This document shows, piece after piece, positions 52,845-64,000 of a DNA stretch of 64,000 nucleotides (the first letter of the stretch is position 1; each line of letters begins with the position of its first letter). The position numbers and the translations under genes were made by a program. This DNA comes from Lama guanicoe (Eukaryota), in assembly GCA_013239625.1 (NCBI GenBank), contig MU053881.1, positions 13,754,373-13,818,372 on the forward strand, given 5' to 3'. Under the pieces are notes generated by a model. The model was not told the origin of the DNA and ran no database searches. It worked only from the letters and a program-made list of their open reading frames with translations.

Positions 52845-53698
52845 TTTGAATTTCTCTGATAATTAACAATATTGAATACTTTTTCTTGTGCCTGTTGGCC
52901 ATTTGTATGTCTTCATTAGAGAATTGATTGTTTAGATCTTCTGACCATTTTTGAATTGGGTTGGTGGGAATGTAGTTTGGTGCAGCCATTATGGAAAGCA
53001 GTATGGAGATTCCTTAAAAAAACTAAAAAATAGAGCTATCATATGATCCAGCAATCCCGCTTCTGGGCATATATCTGGAGGGAACTCTAATTCAAAAAGA
53101 TCCATGCACCCCAGTGTTCATAGCAGCCCTATACATAATAACCAAGGCATGGAAGCAACATAAATGTCCATCGACAGATGACTGGATAAAGAAGCTGTGG
53201 TATATTTCTACAATGGAATACTACTCAGCCATAAAAAAGAATAAAATAATGCCATTTGCAGCAACATGGATGAACCTGGAGATCGTCATTCTAAGCAAAG
53301 TAAGCCAGAAAAAGAAAGAAAAATACCATATGATATCACTTGTATGTGGAATCTAAAAAAAGAGAAAAGACACTAATGAACTCATCTGCAAAACAGAAAC
53401 AGACTCACAGACATAGTAAACAATCTCATGATTACTAGGGGAAAGGGGTGGGAAGGGATAAATTTAGCAGTTTGAGATTTGCAGATATTAACTACTGTAT
53501 ACAAAAATAGATAAACAGATTTCTTCTGCATAGCACAGGGAACTGTATTCAATATCATGTAATAACTTTTAATGAATATGTGTATGTGTGCATGTATATA
53601 TACATATAATTGGGATATTGTGCTGTACACCAGAAATGGACACATTATAAGTGTCTGTACTTCAATTAAAAAAGGAAAAATGAAAAAGTGAAAAAAAG
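52845..53698 (+). mobile_element. L1 3' end with 5' inversion (~52845-52963 on - strand; ~52960-53698 on + strand)
   Basis: The inverted piece matches 61227-61340. The + piece encodes the ORF2 C-terminus (MFIAAL...KCPSTDDWIKKLWYI..MEYYSAIKKN) plus 3' UTR and A-rich tail. 'gttg' microhomology at the junction. Confidence 0.9.
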
Positions 53699-55642
53699 AG
53701 GCTGAGAGCTAACCAAACGTAATTTCTTCTCTGCTCTGCCCTGGGCCAGTTTGGTAATCAAATTTTATCTCCATGAATGTGTGTATAAAGTACCATTAAA
53801 ATTTAGTGGCATCTTTTGGTCATGGCTATGTTGCATGAACACATTTTTATATCCCTAATAGACCTTTTAAAGCCAAAGAACCTGACAATAAAAGCTTTTA
53901 AGAAGCTTCAAATTTGTGATATAATTCATTTGCACACTTAGTTGGTGGTACCATCTCATTTAAAACTCATTTCCGGGGTATAGGTGTAGGCCTCTTTTTT
54001 AATATGCAAAGCACTTTGTTTGAATTGAATTTCTCTCTGCTTATTAATCACACACAATATTGGTAATAGAGTCTCAAAATAGCATTGCCTCCCAGAGAGT
54101 GACTGGTTCACAGCTGCCGAGAATACATTATTAAGTATTAAAATACAGCATGAGAAACCATTCCTCCATGCTTACCTGTTATGCAAGATATTTCAAAATT
54201 CATACCTGACTGCTTGAGATGTTTTGTAATAGCTGTGTTCTTGTCAACCTAATTCCTTTTTTGCTAGTAGGAAACGTGACTTAAACAGAAGATGATGAGA
54301 ATAAACTAAGATGCATTTCTCTTAGGTCACATGTATGTCTCATATTCCTAATTAGGGAAGGACCTTCATGGGGGCAATAGCAGAAATGGGAGGAGCTGAG
54401 AAGAGACATTTTCCTCTTCTTATAAGTCAGGAGAATCATTTCTCACGCCCTTCCTTTCTAAATGAAGAAGGGAAGATAATTTGGTCAGATTGTAAACTAT
54501 TTGTTGGGTATCATTCACTAGGAAGGAGTGGTGTCACCTTGTGCCTTGAGACTCATACCATGTGCCTTTAGGAGGAGCCAGGAGCTGTAGGTAGGTTCAC
54601 AGAAACCTCCACCTCTAGGGTTCCAGCGCAGTCTTAGAGGGATATTTGCATTGCATTTTCTGCCATTTGTAGGTCTGTTAGGAACCTCATAAAGAGGAAA
54701 ACAGGCTACCATTTGGGGCAGGACTTGGTATTCCAGGATCCTTTGACCAAAATACCATCTAAATGACTCTCCTCCTCCACCCACAACTCATAGAATGGCA
54801 TTTACCTTTTATCATTTCTGTAAATAAATGAAAGCAGTGTTGATCGCAGTGATGAGATCCAACTTTGGCAAAGCAACAGATAAAGGGGCTATCACATTTT
54901 TAGCAGGTTAGTTAGTTGAAGAAATAAATCATAAATTCTACCTATAGATCATTGCCTTTGATTTTGACCAGCTGGACTTTCTAGAAAGCATCCTTACTTG
55001 AAAATCAGTAACTTTTATGTATTTTATTTAGCTCCATTGCCAGATCCAGATAATACCACCAAAGCTATTAGTCAGAAGATTGAAGAAGTAGACATGGTGT
55101 AGGTAGGTAGAATAATTCTTTTTTCTCCTTTCCACTGGACAGGTGTAGGTTTGCCTAGCTTTGTCATTGTGTTACTTTGGTGTTTTAGCAGAGTAGCAAT
55201 AAAGAACAAGGTACCAGTATGTCGGGTTATCGATGCCAACCTTACAGGATAGATTACTTTGAAAACTATACCATCTCCTGACAAATCACTGCCACTTAAA
55301 ACTAAAGGGACCAAAAAAACTAATAAGATGCTAGAAGTTCCTATACTTTATCCTGAATCTTAAAAAATGAAGCCTATTATAGAAAGTGTGTAGGTAACAT
55401 ATGGGGGATATTAAGCGAAACAGCTATGTTCCACATTTGTTTAATGAAAATTACAGAAAAGGAAATAACCACAAAAAGAGACACACAGAAGATAAAGATC
55501 AGTGGAAGCAGAGATTCCACTTAAGAAATAACCAGGAGAAACACAGTCCTTACAAGAGACCAGAGATAGTGTGGAAGATTCTGAGTTTCCCACCATACTT
55601 GGGATTCAATCCACATTTTAAAAGCCAGTGATAGAAACAAGT

Positions 55643-56509
55643 AAAAGATGTTCAACATTACTAATTGTTAGAGAAATGCAAATCAAAACTGCAGTGAGAC
55701 ATCACCAGTCAGAATGGCCATGATTAAAAAGTCCACAGATAATAAATGCTGGAGAGAATGTGGAGAAAAAGGAACCCTCCTACACTGTTGGTGGGAATGT
55801 AAATTGGTGCAGCCACTATGGAGGACACTATGGAGTTTCCTCAAAAACCTAAAAACAGACTTACCGTGTGATCCAGCAATTCAAAAAATATAATTCAAAA
55901 TATATATTAAAATATAATTCAAAAAGACACACATACCCCACTGTTCACAGCAGCACTATTTACAATAGCCAAGCTATGAAAACAACCCAAATGTCAATCG
56001 ACAGATGACTGGATAAAGAAGATGTGGTGTGTGTGTGTGTGTGTGTGTGTGTATACAGACATACATACATATCTATACACATATATACACACACACATAC
56101 ATACATATACTACCCAGCCATAAAAAAAAAATACCATTTGCAGCAACATGGAGATTGTCATTCTAAGTGAAGTCAGTCAGAAAGAGAAAGAAAATACCAT
56201 ATGATATTGCTTATATATGGAATCTAAATAAAGAAGGACACAAAAGAACTTATCTACAAAACAGAAACAGACTCACAGACATAGAGAACAAACTTATGGT
56301 TACCAGGGGTTAAAGAGGGTGGGAAGGGATAAATTGGGAGTTCAAAATCTGCACCTCTTGGGGAGTGATGGAAATGTTAGCTATCTTGATTATGGTAGTG
56401 GTTTCATTGGTGTATACATCTATCAAAATTTATCAAATTGTACATCTGAAATATGTGTAGTTTACTGTAGAGGACTCATACCATAATAAAGATGTTAAAA
56501 AAAAAAGGA
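55643..56509 (+). mobile_element. Chimeric L1 insertion: camelid-type L1 3' region (55643-~56352) fused to an older L1M-type terminus with AATAAA and poly(A)
   Basis: Matches 52960-53482 up to 'gggataaattgggagttcaaaatctgca', then switches to 'ggggagtgatggaaatgttagctatcttgatt...aataaagatgttaaaaaaaaaa'. TSD 'agaaacaagt' at 55633-55642 and 56510-56519. Confidence 0.82.
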
Positions 56510-57262
56510 AGAAACAAGTGCTGATGAGGATGTGGAGTAAAGGGAACCCTCCTGCACTGTTGGTGGGGATGTAAATTGGTGCAGCCATTAAGAAAAACAG
56601 GATGGAACTTCCTCAAAAAACTAAAATTAGATTTAACATATGATCCAGCAATTCTACTTCTCGGTATTTATCCAAAGAAAATAAAAACTAATTTTAAAAG
56701 ATATAAGTACCCCTGTGATCATCACAGCACTATGTATAATAGCCAAGACACGGAAGCAACCTAAATGTCCATTGATAGATGACTGGATAAAGAAGTTGTG
56801 GTGTGTTTACATACAATGGAATACTACTCAGCCATAAAAAAGAATGAAATAATGCTATTTGCAGCAACATGGATGGGCCTAAAGGGTATTATGCTAAGTC
56901 AGACTGAGAAAAACAAGTGTCTAATGATTTTACTTCTATGGAATCTAAAAATCAAACAAAACAGAAACAGACTCAGACACAGAGAACAAGCTTGTGGTCA
57001 TCAGAGGGGAGAGGGGTAGCAGAACAGATGAACAAGTGAAGGGGATTAAGAGGTACAAACTTCTAGCTATAAAACAAATGAGGGGGATGTAATGTACAAT
57101 ATAGTCAAAATGTAACGATTTTGTGTGGTGATGGATGGTAACTGGACTTACGTGGTGATCTTTTATAATGTATAAAAATATCAAATCACTATGTTAGACA
57201 CCTGAAATGACTATAATATTGTATGTTAATTATAATTCACTTAAAATTGAATAATAATAAAG
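56510..57262 (+). mobile_element. Older 5'-truncated L1 (host of the nested insertion)
   Basis: ORF2 end and a different 3' UTR ('gaagggga ttaagaggtacaaacttctagctata...acacctgaaatgactataatattgtatgttaattata'). Outer TSD 'aaaag[c/t]cagtgat' at 55620-55632 and 57263-57275. Confidence 0.88.
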
Positions 57263-58889
57263 AAAAGTCAGTGATCAAGATACTCTCAGCAGGCTAGAAG
57301 GCTGTGGTCCTCCAGGTGCCTAATGTTAGGGTTATAGGTCCTCCTCGCAGAGAGCATGCCTTTTGAGTGTTGAGCTAGAGATGCTGCCTCAAGTCAGGCT
57401 GATTTTCCTGTCAAACCTTACAGGCAGTTGTCAGGAACAGGAGGCAGCAGCAAAGAACAGGATCTAGACTTGTGCAGGTGATGTTGCCAAGAGGGCGAGA
57501 CAGTGATCTGAGGCCAGCTTGAGGGCTTGGCTCCCTATCACATCATTACAGAACTACAAAAAAAGTCTCTTACATCTGTGTGCTTCAGTTTCTTCCAAAA
57601 AGGGCACAACAGCATTGCCCACGACACGGGGTTGTGGTAAGAGTCCAGTGGGATAACGCATGGGGAGCACTTACTGAGTTGCCGGCATAGTTGGAGCTCT
57701 GGCTGCATTGTCACCCTGCCCTGGGCGCTGTGATGCTGGAGGCATGTGAAGGTTCTCTAATCCAACCAGTTCCTATTGTAGAGATGGGAAAACTGAGGCT
57801 CAGAAGGAACACAGGATACTACAAGTGAGCTAGTGTCCTAAACTTCCATCACAAGGCGGTCCCATAAGCCACCCAGCAGAAATACGTGCAGTGACAAGAA
57901 GGAACTCAGAAGCCCAGCACTAAAGCAGGGTGTGCCTCCTCTACCTGGTACCACTGATAACTGTTGTTACGGAAACCAAAGGGTAAGAGTGTTGGCTGGA
58001 GCCAGCAGACCATGAGGACAAGGACCCATTTCAGAGGTGAAGCAGAAGGTTACTTCAAGCTGTTTGGTAAATCTCCAGGCTCTTCCCCAAGTGGGAAGCT
58101 GAGGAGGCCTGTTTGATGCTCTAATTCTTTAGCAAAAAAAAAAAGAGAGAGAGAGAGAAAATCTCTAGGCTTCGTCATTGCTCAAGGTGAGCTGAAGTAG
58201 GGCATGCCACGTGCTGCTCCCAGGCAGCTGTATCTACCCTCCTGTGCTTTTCCCAACTGCACGGGGTCATGCAGTGTGGTCCCTGCCAACAGTCCAGAGA
58301 ACGCTTAGTGACACGCCCTCTGATTGTTAGAGCTTTTTTAGTGTGGCAGGGAGTAATTATCCTTGCCAGGCATAAGACTGATCTCTTTTTAATACAACGG
58401 AAATGAATGATGTCTCTTTTCCATCTTGATCATCTTCGAGCATTTTTGAGACGGCGGACTCTGGAGACGGCCAAAGATAGCTTTGTGTGCTCATTCTGTA
58501 TCTTTCAGGAAAAAATATTAGAGACATAATTAAATGTGTCTGAATCTATTAGGCCATGTGCTAGCATCAGAACCAGGTTTTTTTTAGAACGTAAAGGTCT
58601 CTAACTCACACCTGAAATTTAGAAACTTTAGGACTTTAGGGAGCTGTCCCTGTGTCCCCTGAAATCGGGAACAAAATGATGCTTTTATCTGCATGTTTTA
58701 GGAGAAAGTCTCCAAAAGTTATCTCAAATTTTCTTAAAGGATCTGTATGACAACAATGTTAAGAACTGTTCATCTCAAACTGCCTCACATAATACTGAAT
58801 CCGAGTTCTATATCTAGCCCTGTACTTTCAGGGCAAGTAGCCCCGAGTAGCCCCGAGTTTGCAAGTGCCTCACACCCAGTTCACATTGA

Positions 58890-59575
58890 CTAAGCAGTAA
58901 GGAGAGTGGGTGGTTTCTCCTTATTTAAGGAAATCCAGGGACATCTTGCTTCAGAAATGGCTGGAGGCAGGCTTTTAAAGATGATCACCAAGACTTTACT
59001 TTTTTCCCCTTTCTGTCTCGATCTCTTTACTCTATGTTTTTCAGTTTCAGGAAAAGATCTTGCCACATCCTGGCAAGAAGTCCACTGTGGAAGTTCCAAT
59101 CTTGGGACCCCCTTAGCTGAGCAAACCCAGTGAAAGAGTGTATCTCCTACTTGGTAATTCCGATAATTGACTGATTGGAGCAACTTGAGTTACGTACCCT
59201 GCCCCTAAGCCAATCACGCTAGTCCAGCAGCTTTCGATTTTGCACCTTTGGGGATGCCTGAAGACAGTTTTGATTGTCTCAGCTCCAGTAGACTTATGGA
59301 CTCGAATAGATGGAAGACAAGGGAGCTGCTAAACACACAGTGCACAAGTCAGTCCCTCTCAAGAGAATTCTTCGGCTCCGAGTTTAGTAGTGCTGAATTT
59401 GGGAAACCCTGCTAGAGGCAACGCAGTGGAAGACTGATCAGGCCTGGAGCTCATGCCTATCCCTGGATCAGGACAAGAGGATCCAACAGTAAGAAACTCA
59501 GAAAGGGAGGTTCCCAAAGGAAAACCAGGATGCTGCTGCTAGAGGAAGGAGAAATGTGCTCCAGGCAGGCAAAAC
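58890..59575 (-). mobile_element. Old MLT1-type LTR interrupted by MER20
   Basis: 'ctgattggagcaacttgagttacgtaccctgcccctaagccaatcac' | insertion | 'actgatcaggcctggagctcatgcctatccctgga...ggaggttcccaaaggaaaaccaggatgctg...gaaatgtgctccaggcaggcaaaa'. Confidence 0.6.
59226..59411. mobile_element. MER20-like hAT-Charlie DNA transposon
   Basis: 'gattttgcacc...gaagacagttttgattgtc...gctgctaaacac...agtgcacaagtcagtccc...agtagtgctgaatttgggaaaccctg'. Confidence 0.75.
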
Positions 59576-60417
59576 CTAAAGGGATGTCTGCTAACGAAGA
59601 ATTTTTAAGAGCTGTCATTGAAGGCTTAAGACGGGTCAGGTGCTGCACTAAATATATCCTGGGCTTGTTAGCTAATCCTCACAGAACTATAAACTAATTG
59701 TTATTATACCCATTTTATAGATTAAGCATGTAAGGCTCACCCAGCTGATAAGAGGCAGAGCAGCATATTGAACTCAGGATTTCTCACTCAATAGTCTGAA
59801 CTCTCTCTCACTTTATTCTGTGTCAAAGAATTCTGTTTAGTGGAGAGAAAAAAATAATTCTACTACTTGAAAAAACAAGAAATAAGAAGGAACTTGTCAA
59901 TTGATTACTCAGACCTGTCTTGACTCCAGTGAAAAGGAATACTTGCTTTACAAAGACCTTACCTGAGTTGCCCATATGCTCTGTGTGAGTGTGTGTGTGT
60001 GTGTGTATGCTTGCACAGATTTTCACTTGTATGTTTCAGGTCGTTGAGTAATTCCTTTTTTCTTTTTGCTTGTATGAGTTGTGTTTACTTAGGGGAAAAA
60101 TTCTTCTAGGGCATGTATTTTCTAACTTCTTGCCTATTCTTTATCCCAAATGTCAAATTTCAAGCTGCTTGCTGCAGGGCAGTCATAATTTACTTTCCTT
60201 CTTCTTCTGGTGAACTGGTAAAACTGGATGTGAGAAGTACGGCTGAAAAAGAACACACAGCCCTGGATTTATATGTGTGTATATATGTTTTAGGGGTTGG
60301 GTATAAGGATTAATGGCTTCATTAGCTTTAACACTTAGCTGTAACACTTTTGTTACAGACTAATTTTATATGTCTTAGCTATTTTGGTTTGTTTGTAAAT
60401 CATATCAGACAGATTTT

Positions 60418-63400
60418 TTTTAATTGAGGTATAGTCAGTTCACAATGTTTTGTCAATTTCTGGCGTACGGCACAATGCTTCAGTCATATATGAATATACA
60501 TATATTCATCTTCATATTCTTTTTCACCATAAGCTACTACAAGATACTGAATATATTTCCCTGTGCTATACAACAGAAACTTGTTTATCTGTTTTATATA
60601 TACCAATCAGTATCTGCAAACCTCGAACTCCCAGTTTATCCCTCCCCACCTCTCTCCCCACTGGCAACCACAAGTCTGTATTCTATGTCTGTGAGTTTGT
60701 TTCTGTTTTATATGTAAGCTCATTTATCTTCTTTTTTTTTTAGATTCCACATAGGAGTGATATATGGTATTTTTCTTTCTCTTTCTGGCTTATTTCACAT
60801 AGAATGACATTCTCCAGGGCCATCCATGTTGCTGCAAATGGCATTATTTTATCATTTTTATAGCTGAGTAATATTCCATTGTATAAATATACCACAACTT
60901 CTTTATCCAGTCATCTGTCAATGGATATTTAGGTTGTTTCCATGTCTTGGCTATTGTAAATAGAGGAAGTATCTTTTTGAATTAAGGTTCTCTCTGGATC
61001 TATGCCCAGGATTGGAATTACTGGATCATATGGTAACTCTATTTTCAGTCTTTTGAGGAATCTTCATACTGTTTTTCATAATGGCTGCACCCAACTCCAT
61101 TCCCACCAGCAGTGTAGGAGGGTTCCCTTTACTCCACACCGTCTCCAGCATTTATCATGTGTGGACTTCTTAATGATGGCCATTCTGACTGGGGTGAAAT
61201 GATACCTCACTGTAGTTTTGATTTGCACTTCTCTGATAAATAGTGATATTGAGCATTTTTTCATGTGCCTATTGGTCATTCATATGTCTTCATTGGAGAA
61301 TTGCTTATTTAGGTCTTCTGCCCATTTTTGGATTGGGTTGTTTGTTTTTTTCTTACTGAGTCATATGAGCTGTTTATATACTCTGTAAATCAAGCCCTTG
61401 TCAGTCTCATCTTTTGGAAATATTTTCTCCCATTCCATAGGTTGTCATTTTGTTTTGCTTATGGTTTCCTTTGCTGTGCAAAAGCTTGTAAGTTTAATTA
61501 GGTTCTATTTGTTTATTTTTGCTTTTATTTCTATTGCTTGGGTAGACTGCTCTAGAAGATGTATGTGAGGTAATGTTCTGCCTATGTTTTCTTCTAGATT
61601 TATTGTGTCTTGTCTTATGTTGAAGTTTTTAAGCCATTTTGAGTTTATTTTTACGTGTGGTGTGAGGGAGTGTTCTAATTTCATTGATTTGCATGCAGCT
61701 GTCCAGTTTTCCCAGCACCACTTGCTGAAGAGACTGTCTTTTTCCATTGTATATTCTTGCCTCCTTTGTCGAAGATTAATTCACCAAAAGTCTATGGGTT
61801 TATTTCTGGGCTCTCTTTTCTGTTCCATTATAGTTTCAATTTCCTTTTGACATAACCTCTGTCCCTATTCATAATCTCTTTTAGTTCCTTCAGTACTTTG
61901 GTCACTCCTGTTTTGAAATCATGATCTAGTAGACTATCAAGGTCTATTTCATTGACCATTCATTCAGGGGATTCTTTTGTTCTTTTAATTGGGAGTGGTT
62001 CCTCTGCTTCTTCATTTTGTGTATATCTCTCTGGCACTATGGATTATGTAGTATCAGCTACGTACTGTGGTCCTGAAGGGGTTTGCTTGTTTGTTTATCT
62101 ATCTATCTAAAGTGGATGCAGAAATAAAACAAAAAATTTTAAAAGAAAAAGAGATTTGAAAACAGTATAAGTAACAGAAGAACAAGACAAAGAGAAATAA
62201 AAATCAAATTGAGACAAATTTTTTAAAATTAATTTAAAAAATTTTAAAGAAAAATTTAAAAGGGTTAAAAAAAATTAAAAAAGAAAAAAAGGGAAAAAAA
62301 GGTGGATGTGTTCCCGTGGAGACTATGCACTCTTAATAATTTTGTTGAGATATCCTCCATAAGTATGGGTGATGACCAAGTCTTCCTTCTGTGCCTTTTG
62401 TCTGTTATTCCGTTGGTCAAGGGTGTGGCCGGTGTGGTGGTGGCCAGAGCCTGGCCTGGCTATTGAGCGGGGCCTCCTTTCTGTTCTGTGGTTGCCGCCG
62501 CGCCTGCCCTCACCCTGCTGCGCGCACTCCGCTGCTGGTGCTAGAGGCCCCTCCGGTCAGTGCCGCTCCCGGTGCTGGCGGGGGGGGGGGGGGGGAGGGC
62601 CGCGCCCGCTCCCGCTCCCCGCGCTGCGTCCTGGCGCCACGCGCTCGCCCGCTAGGTGGGCGGGTCACGCCCCCGTTCAGTGTTGCGCAGGGTCCACGCT
62701 CGGTAGGCTGGCTCAGGGGTGATGGCGGGCAAGCCCTCGCCCCTGCTGTGTGTCAGAACTCCGCTCCCTGTTCGTTTGTCTCAGAGGCTTGAGTTCACAG
62801 AGGCACCGGGGGAGGACGGTCTCCTCAGCCTGGAGACCTGTCTCAGTCCTGTCTGTGAGGTGGCGGAGCCCCCGCCCCCGCCCCCGCCTGGGAGCGGCGC
62901 ACCGGGCAATATGGTAAATATGGCGGCGGCGGCTGCGCGCCGTCTTTCCACTCCTGAGAACACGCGCGCCGCCGGTCTGAGGAGACCAAGGCTACGGCGC
63001 CCCTCTCCACAGGGCACACCGGTAGTGTTGCTTTGCTTTTTCTTTTGTATTTTATGGGGTACCCAGGCTGTTCTGCTCTGTGTCCCCTCCCAGCCACGGG
63101 GCTGCCTCAGTGCAGCCACGCCCGCCCCGGGCAGCCCGCCCGGCCCCCAGCTGCCAGGCCGCGTCTCGGGCTGGGAGTTGCAGGCACCCTGTGTGCCCGT
63201 TTAACTTAGTTCTGTAGGTCAAGGGCTGCTCCATACAGATCCCCGCCTCGGAGGCTCCCCCTCTGTCCTGCTGGCCTCTCCGTGGGAGAGGGGAGACCCA
63301 GCAAATGAGCGCCAGTCCTCTGCCGCTCCCTCCCCGCGGGACCGGTCTTGCGCGATTTTCCTGTTTCTTCCTTCTTTTTTTTCCTTTTCTCCTACCAGAT

Positions 63401-63552
63401 CTGTGGCAAATTTGTCTTTTGAAGAAGGCGAGGTACTGTCCAAGTTCAGCAGGTGTTGAGTGGCTGGGTGGGTCCCTGGATGTCAGTCTTGGTGTATTTG
63501 TGGGAGAGGGCGAGCTCCGAGCGTCCTTCCCCTGCGCCATCTTGGCCCTTCC
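60418..63552 (-). mobile_element. L1 with both termini and a large internal deletion (5' UTR + first ~185 bp of ORF1 joined to ORF2 C-terminal region + 3' UTR)
   Basis: 5' end on - strand 'GGAAGGGCCAAGATGGCG'. ORF1-like start ATG at 62015-62013 (MKKQRNHSQLKEQ...). Junction ~61830. ORF2 remnant ([13 protein letters not shown]...; [31 protein letters not shown]). 3' UTR and poly-T at ~60414-60421. Imperfect TSD 'tcagacagatttt' 60405-60417 / 'tcagataggtttt' 63553-63565. Confidence 0.92.
62420..63548 (-). promoter_or_regulatory. CpG-island L1 5' UTR internal promoter with YY1 motif
   Basis: Very GC- and CpG-rich; 'cgccatcttgg' (YY1 core) at 63535-63545, next to the L1 5' terminus; several GC boxes. 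Confidence 0.8.
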
Positions 63553-63574
63553 TCAGATAGGTTTTATATTTCAG

Positions 63575-63960
63575 TTATTTTTAAATTGTTTATTATGGAA
63601 ATTTCTAAACATACCCCAAAATAAAAGACATAAACCGCCTCATCAACCAGTTACCCAACTCTAATAACCATTAATATTTTTGCGTTCTTTTTCATCTAAT
63701 TCTCTTGAGTTTTTCCTGGAATATTTTATAGCAAATGTCCAACATACTATGGTTTAACTCCAGGATATTTTAACATGCATCTTTAAGACATTTTCTTACA
63801 GACAACAATGCCATCATCAACACAGAAAAACATCAACTCCCACTCTTTTGGTCTAATACCAGATCTGTATTCAAATATCTCTAATGAAATTTGTTTGCAC
63901 TTGGTTTGTTCAAATTAATATTTAAGCAGTGTCCATTCACCATATTAAGTTGCTAATACT
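63575..63960 (-). mobile_element. Ancient L1M (L1ME-like) 3' end
   Basis: 'ttattatggaaatttctaaacatac...tggaatattttatagcaaat...catcatcaacac...tggtctaataccagatctgtattcaaat...gtccattcac'. Confidence 0.6.
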
Positions 63961-64000
63961 TAAGTATTAATACTTAGGTTGTTAATAATGAAGTTGTTGT

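Noticed and set aside
56026..56110. (TG)n/(CA/TA)n tract; similar tracts at ~14745-14800 and ~59980-60006
   Set aside because: Ordinary microsatellites, two of them expanded within L1 sequence.
62369..63664. Overlapping 110-162 aa ORFs and an apparent gene CpG-island promoter
   Set aside because: All lie in the GC-rich L1 5' UTR, where stop codons are rare; no recognisable protein.

Overview
Mammalian genomic DNA, almost certainly a camelid (camel/alpaca/llama), judged from three copies of the tRNA-Ala-derived vic-1-type SINE. The only protein-coding feature is the last exon of GABRB2 (GABA-A receptor beta-2 subunit; + strand, CDS 16476-16823). It is followed by a ~5.7 kb 3' UTR with no recognisable transposon that ends near AATAAA 22477-22482. 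Bases 1-16475 are inferred to be the last intron and ~22500-64000 downstream intergenic DNA. The rest is interspersed repeats (L1, vic-1, MIR, L2, MLT1/MLT2 LTRs, MER5A, MER20). I found no convincing new biological system. The most notable structures are L1-related: (i) a very young antisense intronic L1 whose ORF2 reads open for 668 codons; (ii) a 3.1 kb TSD-flanked L1 with both termini and a CpG-rich promoter but most of ORF1/ORF2 deleted; (iii) a nested L1 composite with two TSD pairs whose inner element is a young-L1/old-L1 chimera; (iv) three 5'-inverted (twin-primed) L1 insertions. The 3' UTR carries clustered miR-9 seed matches, Pumilio elements, G4 motifs and several candidate poly(A) signals. 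Repeat family names come from recognising motifs by eye, not from a database search.
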